Shown: in pieces, positions 8,373 through 15,631 of the stretch
Layout of the letters: every line of letters starts with the position of its first letter
Numbering within the stretch: position 1 is the stretch's first letter
UHGV virus genome: UHGV-0230172
From: a virus
Length of the DNA stretch: 15,951 nucleotides
Reading direction: 5' to 3' (one strand)
Notes under the pieces: generated by a model
Seen by the model: the letters and a program-made list of their open reading frames with translations, nothing else
What the model was told of the DNA's origin: nothing
Databases searched by the model: none
Program-made: the position numbers and the translations under genes

Positions 8373-8510
8373 TTATTTATCCCACCAAGTTCCGTATCTA
8401 TCTATCCAGTTACACCAATCATCGACACTCCATTTTGTTGTGTCGCATTTTGGCAATTGGCATGAATATCTACCTTCTTTGTAAAGTCGGAGTTTGACTT
8501 TCTTGAGCAT
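8373..8510 (-). CDS. Small Cys-containing ORF (45 aa), hypothetical
   Basis: Below the track cutoff; ATG at 8510 just downstream of the N stop with GAGGTGG upstream; three Cys (MLKKVKLRLYKEGRYSCQLPKCDTTKWSVDDWCNWIDRYGTWWDK). Confidence 0.3.
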   Translation of the reverse strand: MLKKVKLRLYKEGRYSCQLPKCDTTKWSVDDWCNWIDRYGTWWDK

Positions 8511-8517
8511 GGCCACC

Positions 8518-8850
8518 TCAATCGTAATAAGCTGGAATTGATTTTCCGCGTTGCTTCTGGCGGCCTGAACAGGTCACACCCATTTCACTGCGTGGCTTGC
8601 TGTACCATGTGCGCTGATTCTTGCGCTCAATACGCTGCAGGTTGCTTTCAATCTGCTCGTGGTATTCAGCCAGCACCGTAAGGTCTATCGGATTCAGTGC
8701 GCTTTCTACTCGTGATTTCGGTTTGCGATTCAGCGAGAGAATAGGGCGGTTAACTGGCTTTGCGCTTACCCCAACCAACAGGGGATTTGCTGCTTTCCAT
8801 TGAGCCTGTTTCTCTGCGCGACGTTCGCGGCGGCGTGTTTGTGCATCCAT
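8518..8850 (-). CDS. N: Antitermination protein N
   Basis: From the ATG at 8850: MDAQTRRRERRAEKQAQWKAANPLLVGVSAKPVNRPILSLNRKPKSRVESALNPIDLTVLAEYH..., essentially lambda N including the arginine-rich motif; the C-terminal few residues differ. Confidence 0.93.
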   Translation of the reverse strand: MDAQTRRRERRAEKQAQWKAANPLLVGVSAKPVNRPILSLNRKPKSRVESALNPIDLTVLAEYHEQIESNLQRIERKNQRTWYSKPRSEMGVTCSGRQKQRGKSIPAYYD

Positions 8851-8960
8851 CTGGATTCTCCTGTCAGTTAGCTTTGAGTAACGCGCCGTGATGCTTATCT
8901 CCACGGTTGCTGTCTTGCAGCTGCATTTCGCGCTACTCAAAGCCTTCTGCTTTGAATGCT

Positions 8961-8991
8961 GCCCTTCTTCAGGGCTTAATTTTTAAGAGCG
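8961..8991 (-). promoter_or_regulatory. nutL (boxB hairpin and boxA)
   Basis: Minus strand reads CGCTCTTA (boxA, plus 8984..8991) then GCCCTGAAGAAGGGC (boxB, plus 8961..8975), matching lambda nutL. Confidence 0.85.
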
Positions 8992-9030
8992 TCACCTTCA
9001 TGGCGGTTAGTGCGTCCTGCTGATGTGCTT

Positions 9031-9093
9031 AGTATCACCGCTAGTGGTATTTGTGTCAACACCGCCAGAGATAATTTATCACCGCAGATGGTT
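9031..9093 (-). promoter_or_regulatory. pL promoter with operators oL1-oL3
   Basis: Minus-strand TTGACA (plus 9054..9059), 17-bp spacer, GATACT (plus 9031..9036); 17-bp operators TATCACCGCTAGTGGTA (9033..9049), CAACACCGCCAGAGATA (9057..9073) and TATCACCGCAGATGGTT (9077..9093), each matching lambda oL sites with at most one change. Confidence 0.88.
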
Positions 9094-9248
9094 ATCTGTA
9101 TGTTTTTTATATAGATTTATTTTTTGCAGAGTTGTGTGGCTTGGGAGGTGATCGAGAGATCAGAATTGCGTTGTTTAGTGAGTTGCACCTATTAATTTTA
9201 AAATAAATACAATTGGTTATGTGTTTTTAGGTGGGGCGATCGTGAGGC

Positions 9249-9274
9249 AAAGAAAACCCGGCGCGGAAGCCGGG
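9249..9274 (-). terminator. Putative rho-independent terminator after the rex-slot ORF
   Basis: Minus strand: CCCGGC-TTCCGC-GCCGGG followed by TTTTCTTTG, immediately downstream of the 9280 stop. Confidence 0.5.
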
Positions 9275-9279
9275 TTGTC

Positions 9280-9813
9280 TCATTTTTTAGTTTGCTTTGG
9301 ATTCGGTTTGTCTCTTCTTCCAATTATAAACACGCTAGTTAAAGCAACTAACTCAGCACCAAGAAGCCCGGTAGCCCAGCCATAAGCCTCGTGCTGAATC
9401 ATCTTGTAAGCAATTCCTGCGAAAACAAAGACAGAAGTCATCGCAAAGATCTGTCCGAGTCGATCTCGCCAAATTGCTCCCCTCTGTCCTGCTTTGTAAT
9501 ACTCGTGTCTGTGTTTTTGCTCAGCCTTAGCCATGTCCATTATTTCGCGAGCGAATCCTGGAGATATTCTTTCGTACTTAGCTAATTCGTCAGCGTCTGG
9601 GAGTGGCCCTGATCTAGTGTGAGTCACCTGCATCATGATGCCAGCTAGATCTGGCCTGTCCATGAGGCGCTCAAGAACTTGAGGGTTCTTTGCGACCTCA
9701 TTTATAAGCAGTTCGGTTTTACCGTCTTGAACTCGCCCTAACGGAGTTGGTTGGTTAACAAGATTTCTCGGGGCGGCGGTTTGAAGCTTTCTTTGGGATT
9801 TTTTTCTGCTCAT
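9280..9813 (-). CDS. Hypothetical membrane protein with two C-terminal transmembrane helices (possibly DUF2335-type), in the rexAB slot
   Basis: 177 aa; soluble N-terminal part with ISPGFAREIMDMAKAEQKHRHEY, then two hydrophobic helices (IFAMTSVFVFAGIAYKMI and WATGLLGAELVALTSVFIIG). No clear SD at the 9813 ATG; next in-frame ATG is 50 codons downstream. Confidence 0.6.
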   Translation of the reverse strand: MSRKKSQRKLQTAAPRNLVNQPTPLGRVQDGKTELLINEVAKNPQVLERLMDRPDLAGIMMQVTHTRSGPLPDADELAKYERISPGFAREIMDMAKAEQKHRHEYYKAGQRGAIWRDRLGQIFAMTSVFVFAGIAYKMIQHEAYGWATGLLGAELVALTSVFIIGRRDKPNPKQTKK

Positions 9814-9976
9814 TATCAGTTACAGCGTCTCTAACGTAACTACCTACCTTAACCCAATCTGAGTTGATAAGGTCGATGTCTGTAGCATTTGAATGATACT
9901 CGCTGTAGCTACCTGCTGGGCAAAGGTCAAGGATAGAGCCCATAGCGCTGAAAAAGTGCTTTGCAGATTTTTTCAT
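9755..9976 (-). CDS. Small hypothetical ORF (73 aa) upstream of the membrane protein
   Basis: Overlaps the membrane-protein ORF start by 59 nt in another frame; weak SD (AGGA, 9-nt spacer). May be a real partner gene or spurious. Confidence 0.3.
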   Translation of the reverse strand: MKKSAKHFFSAMGSILDLCPAGSYSEYHSNATDIDLINSDWVKVGSYVRDAVTDNEQKKIPKKASNRRPEKSC

Positions 9977-10164
9977 GTGGGGTGTCCTATATGTTGTTTA
10001 CTCTAATTTGAGTAATTGAAGTTTACGCAAAACCTAGCTTTCAGCAAGCAATACAGCACAAAAAAATCATGTAAATTTGCGTCTATTTTTATCTACCGGA
10101 AAAATGCTCAACAACTTTAGAGAAAAAATAGCAATACCAAATCAAACCAATTGCTGCTTCGCCT

Positions 10165-10881
<717 letters not shown>

Positions 10882-10883
10882 TT

Positions 10884-10954
10884 AAATCTATCACCGCAAG
10901 GGATAAATATCTAACACCGTGCGTGTTGACTATTTTACCTCTGGCGGTGATAAT
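10884..10954. promoter_or_regulatory. Right operator with divergent promoters pRM and pR
   Basis: oR3 TATCACCGCAAGGGATA (10889..10905), oR2 TAACACCGTGCGTGTTG (10912..10928), oR1 TACCTCTGGCGGTGATA (10936..10952); pR -35 TTGACT (10926..10931) and -10 GATAAT (10949..10954); pRM hexamers TAGATA/TAGATT on the minus strand. All match lambda. Confidence 0.92.
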
Positions 10955-10969
10955 AGTTGCATGTACTAA

Positions 10970-11179
<210 letters not shown>

Positions 11180-11186
11180 ATAACCC

Positions 11187-11218
11187 CGCTCTTACACATT
11201 CCAGCCCTGAAAAAGGGC
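11187..11218 (+). promoter_or_regulatory. nutR (boxA and boxB)
   Basis: boxA CGCTCTTAC (11187..11195) and boxB GCCCTGAAAAAGGGC (11204..11218), matching lambda nutR. Confidence 0.88.
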
Positions 11219-11274
11219 ATCAAATTAAACCACACCTATGGTGTATGCATTTATTTGCATACATTCAATCAATT

Positions 11275-11320
11275 GTTATCTAAGGAAATACTTACATATG
11301 CAACTTACAAGTACTCGCAA
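11275..11320 (-). promoter_or_regulatory. pRE-like cII-activated promoter overlapping the cII start
   Basis: Minus strand reads TTGC-GAGTAC-TTGT-AAGTTGC-ATATGTAAGTAT; lambda pRE has TTGC-N6-TTGC-N7-ATATGTAAGTAT with identical spacing. The repeats lie in cII codons 2-7. Confidence 0.45.
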
Positions 11321-11576
11321 GAAAGCGAATGCAATTACAAGCAACATCCTGAATCGAATTGCTGTACGTGGTCAGCGAAAGGTTGCCGACGCGTTAGGGA
11401 TTAATGAATCGCAAATTTCGCGATGGAAAGACAGCTTTATCCCAAAGATGGCCATGCTTCTGGCTGTGCTGGAATGGGGTGTTGAAGACGAGGAGTTGGC
11501 GGAACTGGCTAAGCAAGTAGCCAGAATGCTGACAAAAGAAAAAGCCCCGAAGAACGGCGAATTCTTCGAGGCCTGA
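11298..11576 (+). CDS. cII: Transcriptional activator cII (divergent from lambda)
   Basis: Start at the ATG at 11298 (TAAGGAAATACTTACATATG leader matches lambda); HTH and C-terminal region [42 protein letters not shown] parallel lambda cII; N-terminus and C-terminal tail differ. Confidence 0.85.
   Translation: MQLTSTRKKANAITSNILNRIAVRGQRKVADALGINESQISRWKDSFIPKMAMLLAVLEWGVEDEELAELAKQVARMLTKEKAPKNGEFFEA
11534..11572 (-). terminator. Possible oop-like antisense terminator at the cII 3' end
   Basis: Plus 11548..11568 forms CGAAGAA-CGGCGAA-TTCTTCG; on the minus strand it is followed by GGGCTTTTTCTTTT. Position matches the lambda oop terminator, but the T-tract is offset and the stem is short. 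Confidence 0.3.
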
Positions 11577-11610
11577 TGTAGAAAGACTGGATCAATCCAC
11601 AGGAGTAATT

Positions 11611-11757
11611 ATGACAAAACAACTCAGTCCTTACCAGGACAAAATTCACAAACACATACTACGTGATCGCTTCCTGTCCAGCTTCAAGCAGCCTGGTCGA
11701 TTCCGGGCTGAGTTGGAAAAAGTGAAGCTGATGCAGAAGGAGAAAGGTCATGAGTAA
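11611..11757 (+). CDS. Small ORF (48 aa) between cII and O
   Basis: Below the track cutoff; AGGAG 6 nt upstream of the ATG; basic peptide [48 protein letters not shown]; its stop overlaps the O start (ATGAGTAA). Confidence 0.4.
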   Translation: MTKQLSPYQDKIHKHILRDRFLSSFKQPGRFRAELEKVKLMQKEKGHE

Positions 11758-12610
11758 TCTTGCAACCGTAACACATTTAAGGCCTTCACAACGGCCTGTG
11801 GAGCGTCGTGTGGCAGAAGTTGAAGATGGTTATACCCGTCTTGCAAATGCCCTGTATGAAGAGCTTATCGGCGCAGATTTAACGAAAAATCAGAGCAAGG
11901 TTGCCCACGCCATATGCCGTAAAACATACGGCTACGGTAAAAAGATGGATCGCATCTCTGATAGTCAGTTAGCTCAAATTACCAGGCTGCCAAGACAGAA
12001 GGTAAACAAGGCCAAGAATGAGCTTATCGCGATGAAGGTTATCCTTCGCGAAGGCCAGCAAATCGGGCCTAACAAGAACATCGAGGAATGGCAAATCGAA
12101 GGGTGTCACTACTCTGGTGATAATGTCACTGCATTGGTGACAAAAAGTGTCACCAAAACGGTGACAGCGCTGTCACCAAAACAGGGACACACAAAAGAAA
12201 CTATTACAAAAGAAAAAAGAAATAATAAAAACACTATGTCCGAAAGTGTTCGGACGGAGTGTGAAAAATCACCTGACCGTCACGAAGAAACCGACAAGGC
12301 ATTCGAGGAAATATTCTGGTGTGCAGGCATGCGGAAAGCCGGGAAGAAAAACGCAGCTTCGGCATTCAGAACACAGTTCAGGGAATGGCGTAAAACTACC
12401 AGGGGTACGGCAAGCGAGTTTGCCACGATGCTGGCAGAAGACATCGCATGCAGGAATGGTAAGCAGTTCGGATTCGACAGGTTGTTACCATCGAGCTACC
12501 TGAACGGTCAACGCTGGAACGACGAGAAGCCAGAAACTATTCAACCACAATCCAAACCATCATCCGCAATCACCGTATCGAAAACTGGCTACGTGTTTTT
12601 CGACAGGTGA
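11750..12610 (+). CDS. O: Replication initiator, lambda O-like N-terminal domain with unrelated C-terminal domain
   Basis: N-terminal half ([56 protein letters not shown] ... GPNKNIEEW) parallels lambda O; ori-like iterons and AT-rich tract lie inside the gene; C-terminal 120 aa do not resemble the P-binding domain of lambda O. Confidence 0.88.
   Translation: MSNLATVTHLRPSQRPVERRVAEVEDGYTRLANALYEELIGADLTKNQSKVAHAICRKTYGYGKKMDRISDSQLAQITRLPRQKVNKAKNELIAMKVILREGQQIGPNKNIEEWQIEGCHYSGDNVTALVTKSVTKTVTALSPKQGHTKETITKEKRNNKNTMSESVRTECEKSPDRHEETDKAFEEIFWCAGMRKAGKKNAASAFRTQFREWRKTTRGTASEFATMLAEDIACRNGKQFGFDRLLPSSYLNGQRWNDEKPETIQPQSKPSSAITVSKTGYVFFDR
12103..12234 (+). repeat. Origin of replication: iteron cluster plus AT-rich tract inside the O gene
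   Basis: About four spaced copies of dyad half-sites TGTCAC(C)/GGTGA(C/T)A between 12103 and 12177, followed by ACACAAAAGAAACTATTACAAAAGAAAAAAGAAATAATAAAAACAC, nearly identical to the AT-rich region of ori-lambda as I recall it. Confidence 0.7.
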
Positions 12611-12613
12611 ACC

Positions 12614-12721
12614 ATGAAATCAAAAATCAAATCGCTACTGGTCGCTGGTTATAACCACGGCTGGTTAAGTATTTCGTTTGTCGATTTCTGGTTTAAAAAT
12701 CTCAATCTGAGGGAATCATGA
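12614..12721 (+). CDS. Small hydrophobic ORF (35 aa) between O and the primase-helicase
   Basis: Below the track cutoff; AGGTGA upstream of the ATG; stop overlaps the primase-helicase start (ATGA). MKSKIKSLLVAGYNHGWLSISFVDFWFKNLNLRES. Confidence 0.25.
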   Translation: MKSKIKSLLVAGYNHGWLSISFVDFWFKNLNLRES

Positions 12722-14598
12722 CGCCAAGTGAACTCAGCGACCTGCTTTGGTCGCAGGTTGACAGGGTGGCTCCGCACCTGTTGCCAAACGGCAAAAAAGA
12801 GGGGCATGAGTGGGTTGCCGGTAACGTCAACGGTGACAAGGGAAACAGCCTTAAGGTCAACCTTAGCGGCAAGAAAAAATGGGCTGATTTCGCTGAGGGA
12901 GACGGCGGTGACATGCTTGATTTGTGGATGGCATGTCGTGGGATTAACCTGCATCAGGCTATGCAGGAAGCGAAAGCATTTCTCGGTATCAAGGATGACG
13001 ATCACCATTTCGATGCCAGACGTGAGAAGAAATTCTCCAGACCTGACCGCAAGAAAATCGCCCGCTACGTTACCAGAACAGAATCCCATCTTGAGTACCT
13101 GCAATCGCGTGGCATATCTCCAGAAATCGTAAAGCGCTACGAGGTTGTCAGCGGCAAGGTGTGGAATGGAGAGCGAGAACTGGATGCTCTGGTGATTCCG
13201 TACAAACGCGATGGTGAGTTGTTGCAGGTCAAGCGAATCAGCACTGAGCGCCCGGACGGGAAGAAAGTCATTATGGCAGAAGGTGATTGCGAACCTTGTC
13301 TGTTCGGATGGCAGGCTCTGGACGCTGGCGTGAGGGCGGTTGTACTTTGCGAAGGCGAAATTGATTGTATGAGCTATGCGCAATACGGCATCTCGGCGTT
13401 ATCCGTGCCGTTTGGTGGCGGGAAAGGCGCTAAGCAACAGTGGATTGAGTTTGAGTATCACAACCTCGACAGGTTTGAGGAAATATTCATCTCGATGGAC
13501 GTTGATGATGTTGGTCGTGAAGCCGCAAGGGAAATCGCAAGCCGACTCGGTGAACATCGTTGCCGTCTTGTTACTCTGCCGTACAAGGACATCAACGAAT
13601 GCCTGATGAACGGTGTTACCGAGGATGAAATCTGGCAGTACATCGGCACGGCATCCTACTTCGATCCTGAAGAACTCTACAGCGCGCGAGAGTTTTACCA
13701 GGACACTATCAACGCTTTCTACGGCAAGCAGCAGTATCTGTTTAATCCACCGTGGGAATCTCTGGCAGATAAATTCCAGTTCCGTGAGGCAGAGTTGACG
13801 CTGGTCAATGGTGTGAACGGTCACGGAAAAACGGAGGTTGTCGGGCATATGGCACTTGAGGCAATGCGTCAGGGTGTGAAGACGTGCATCGCGTCACTTG
13901 AGCTGAAGCCTGGTATTCTCCTTAAGCGCCTTACCCGTCAGGCGACGTGCTGCAAGATGCCGCCAGTGCTGGAAATTGACTCTGCATTTAAATTTTATGA
14001 CGAAAGACTTTGGGTGTTTGGCCTGACCGGAACGGCGAAAGCCGACAGGCTGATCGAAATATTCGACTACGCTCGCCGCCGATACGGGATCCAGTTATTC
14101 ATCATCGACAGCCTGATGAAATGTGGCATAGGCGACGATGACTATAACGGGCAGAAAGCATTTGTTGACTCGATTTGTGACTTCAAAAACAAAACAAACT
14201 CCCACGTCATTCTCGTTACTCACTCGCGAAAAGGAGACAGCGAAGAAAAACCAACCGGGAAAATGGACGTAAAAGGCTCTGGAGCGATAACAGACCTGAC
14301 AGACAACCTTTTCATCATCTGGCGTAACAAGGCTCGCGAGAGAGCGTTACAGAGAGTTCAGAGTGGTGAAAAGATGTCAGAGAAGGACGAACAGCTACTG
14401 GCATCTCCGGCATCTGTTTTAATGCTCGAAAAACAACGTAACGGCGAAGGTTGGGAAGGTGGTGTCCCGTTGTTCCTTGACGAGCAATCGCACCAGTTCC
14501 TGCAACTTGAATCAGGATCTCCATATAGCTACATCGCCAATATGCCGAAATCGGAATATGACGAGGCGTGGCGACAGGAAAACGTGACGGAGTATTAA
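12718..14598 (+). CDS. Bifunctional DNA primase/helicase (TOPRIM domain plus DnaB/RecA-fold helicase)
   Basis: 626 aa; TOPRIM signatures VVLCEGEIDCMSYAQYG and FISMDVDDVGRE; helicase Walker A LVNGVNGHGKTE, Walker B LFIIDSLMK, then VILVTHSRK. Occupies the position of lambda P. Confidence 0.9.
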   Translation: MTPSELSDLLWSQVDRVAPHLLPNGKKEGHEWVAGNVNGDKGNSLKVNLSGKKKWADFAEGDGGDMLDLWMACRGINLHQAMQEAKAFLGIKDDDHHFDARREKKFSRPDRKKIARYVTRTESHLEYLQSRGISPEIVKRYEVVSGKVWNGERELDALVIPYKRDGELLQVKRISTERPDGKKVIMAEGDCEPCLFGWQALDAGVRAVVLCEGEIDCMSYAQYGISALSVPFGGGKGAKQQWIEFEYHNLDRFEEIFISMDVDDVGREAAREIASRLGEHRCRLVTLPYKDINECLMNGVTEDEIWQYIGTASYFDPEELYSAREFYQDTINAFYGKQQYLFNPPWESLADKFQFREAELTLVNGVNGHGKTEVVGHMALEAMRQGVKTCIASLELKPGILLKRLTRQATCCKMPPVLEIDSAFKFYDERLWVFGLTGTAKADRLIEIFDYARRRYGIQLFIIDSLMKCGIGDDDYNGQKAFVDSICDFKNKTNSHVILVTHSRKGDSEEKPTGKMDVKGSGAITDLTDNLFIIWRNKARERALQRVQSGEKMSEKDEQLLASPASVLMLEKQRNGEGWEGGVPLFLDEQSHQFLQLESGSPYSYIANMPKSEYDEAWRQENVTEY

Positions 14599-14627
14599 AT
14601 GACCATCTACATCACTGAGCTAATAAC

Positions 14628-14658
14628 AGGCCTGCTGGTAATCGCAGGCCTTTTTATT
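14628..14658 (+). terminator. Putative rho-independent terminator downstream of the primase-helicase
   Basis: AGGCCTGC-TGGTAATC-GCAGGCCT stem-loop (14628..14651) followed by TTTTTATTTG. Confidence 0.5.
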
Positions 14659-14674
14659 TGGGGGAGAGTAAATC

Positions 14675-14824
14675 GTGGTTGAGTTGATTTTCTCTGCATT
14701 GAGGCTTCTCGGTGCTCTGTGGATGGTGGCGACGTTCATTGTGGTTGCTGGCTGTTTTGTCCGGTTGGTAGGCGAAGGTAAAGACCTGGTGGGTGTGCTT
14801 TTCGGTAGCATTTTCCTTGGGTGA
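14675..14824 (+). CDS. Small hydrophobic ORF (49 aa), possible membrane peptide
   Basis: Below the track cutoff; GTG start preceded by GGGGGAGAG; VVELIFSALRLLGALWMVATFIVVAGCFVRLVGEGKDLVGVLFGSIFLG is mostly hydrophobic. Confidence 0.3.
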   Translation: MVELIFSALRLLGALWMVATFIVVAGCFVRLVGEGKDLVGVLFGSIFLG

Positions 14825-14897
14825 TTATCGGTGTTATGCCTGTCGCTGTAGCAAAAATGGCGTGGCGTTTTGTGAGTTGAACTGAGGGTAAGTATCG

Positions 14898-15182
14898 ATG
14901 GACGAATCAAGAAAGCAGTTTGAAGAAAGTTGGTTGCGACGTGGAGGCGAATCATCAGAACTTATCCGTTATCCTGAAAATCACCATGAAATTGGCAGTG
15001 GTGATATTGGTGGTCAATACGTGATGGACGATGTTCAAGGCCACTGGCAAACGTGGCAGGCATCGCGAGCAGCTATTGAAATTGAGTTGCCTGTATGGTT
15101 TGTCAGTGATGCTATTGCTGTGTACGACCGTGACGATATCGATGAATCCATCCGCGCCGCTGGAATCAAAGTGAAGGAGTAA
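14898..15182 (+). CDS. Hypothetical nin-region protein
   Basis: 94 aa; GAGGG upstream of the ATG; lies directly before ninB (3-nt gap). No family recognised. Confidence 0.6.
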   Translation: MDESRKQFEESWLRRGGESSELIRYPENHHEIGSGDIGGQYVMDDVQGHWQTWQASRAAIEIELPVWFVSDAIAVYDRDDIDESIRAAGIKVKE

Positions 15183-15184
15183 CG

Positions 15185-15631
15185 ATGAAGCAAATATACA
15201 TGCTTCGCAACGAAGAAATCAGAAACAACGCCATAGACGCAATACTCTCACTTCCCATCGACGACAAGTCACCTCACGAAGTCCACGTTAGAGAACCCAA
15301 ACGCAGCAAAGCGCAGAATGACCGTATGTGGCCGATGCTGAACGATGTTTCGCGTCAGGTGCTATGGCATGGTCAACGGCTGGAACCGGAAGACTGGAAA
15401 GACCTGTTCACTGCCCTGTGGCTTAAGACCAAAAAACTAGAGCAACGAAGTGTGCCTGGTATCGACGGTGGCGTTGTCATGCTTGGCGTGCGTACCAGCA
15501 AAATGCGAAAGGCCAGCATGACTGAGCTTATCGAAATCATGTTCTGGTTCGGCTCAGAGCGCAACGTGCGGTGGAGCGATGACTCCCGGAGAGAGTATGA
15601 ATGGTCACAACGAAAAGGGATGGCTGCATGA
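15185..15631 (+). CDS. ninB: NinB (Orf-family recombination protein)
   Basis: 148 aa; SKAQNDRMWPMLNDVSRQVLWHGQRLEPEDWKDLFTA ... WSDDSRREYEWSQRKG parallels lambda NinB (SLDQNRKLWACLGDVSRQVEWHGRWLDAESWKCVFTA ... WSDEARLALEWKARWG). Confidence 0.9.
   Translation: MKQIYMLRNEEIRNNAIDAILSLPIDDKSPHEVHVREPKRSKAQNDRMWPMLNDVSRQVLWHGQRLEPEDWKDLFTALWLKTKKLEQRSVPGIDGGVVMLGVRTSKMRKASMTELIEIMFWFGSERNVRWSDDSRREYEWSQRKGMAA

Noticed and set aside
7799-8497. Plus-strand ORFs 7799..8017, 7879..8118 and 8165..8497, considered as a possible sieB-like rightward gene
   Set aside because: AT-rich DNA generates long open frames by chance; products are Phe/Leu/Ile-rich low-complexity with no SD. The minus-strand 156-aa ORF has a proper SD and fits the operon. 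Not fully excluded.
8621-8803. 60-aa plus-strand ORF within N
   Set aside because: Antisense to the unambiguous N gene.
9391-9585. 64-aa plus-strand ORF within the rex-slot membrane protein gene
   Set aside because: Antisense to the longer ORF with the conserved-looking motif and transmembrane helices; no start signals.
12103-12177. Spaced repeats considered as a possible CRISPR-like array
   Set aside because: Only about four short dyad half-site repeats with irregular spacing, inside the O gene and followed by the ori AT-rich tract; they are origin iterons.
12246-12503. 85-aa plus-strand ORF inside the O gene in another frame
   Set aside because: Internal alternative frame of O; no independent start signals.
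12649-13383. 244-aa minus-strand ORF, plus shorter ORFs at 12702..12914, 12728..13132, 13376..13606, 13399..13848, 13458..13649, 13613..13798 and 14315..14524
   Set aside because: All lie inside or antisense to the primase-helicase gene, whose TOPRIM and Walker motifs identify the true frame; the alternative products are low-complexity with no recognisable motifs.
14620-14955. 111-aa minus-strand ORF across the helicase-to-nin spacer
   Set aside because: Runs antisense through a plus-strand terminator and the start of the 14898 gene; Thr/Pro/Ser-rich low-complexity product; the region is transcribed rightward from pR.
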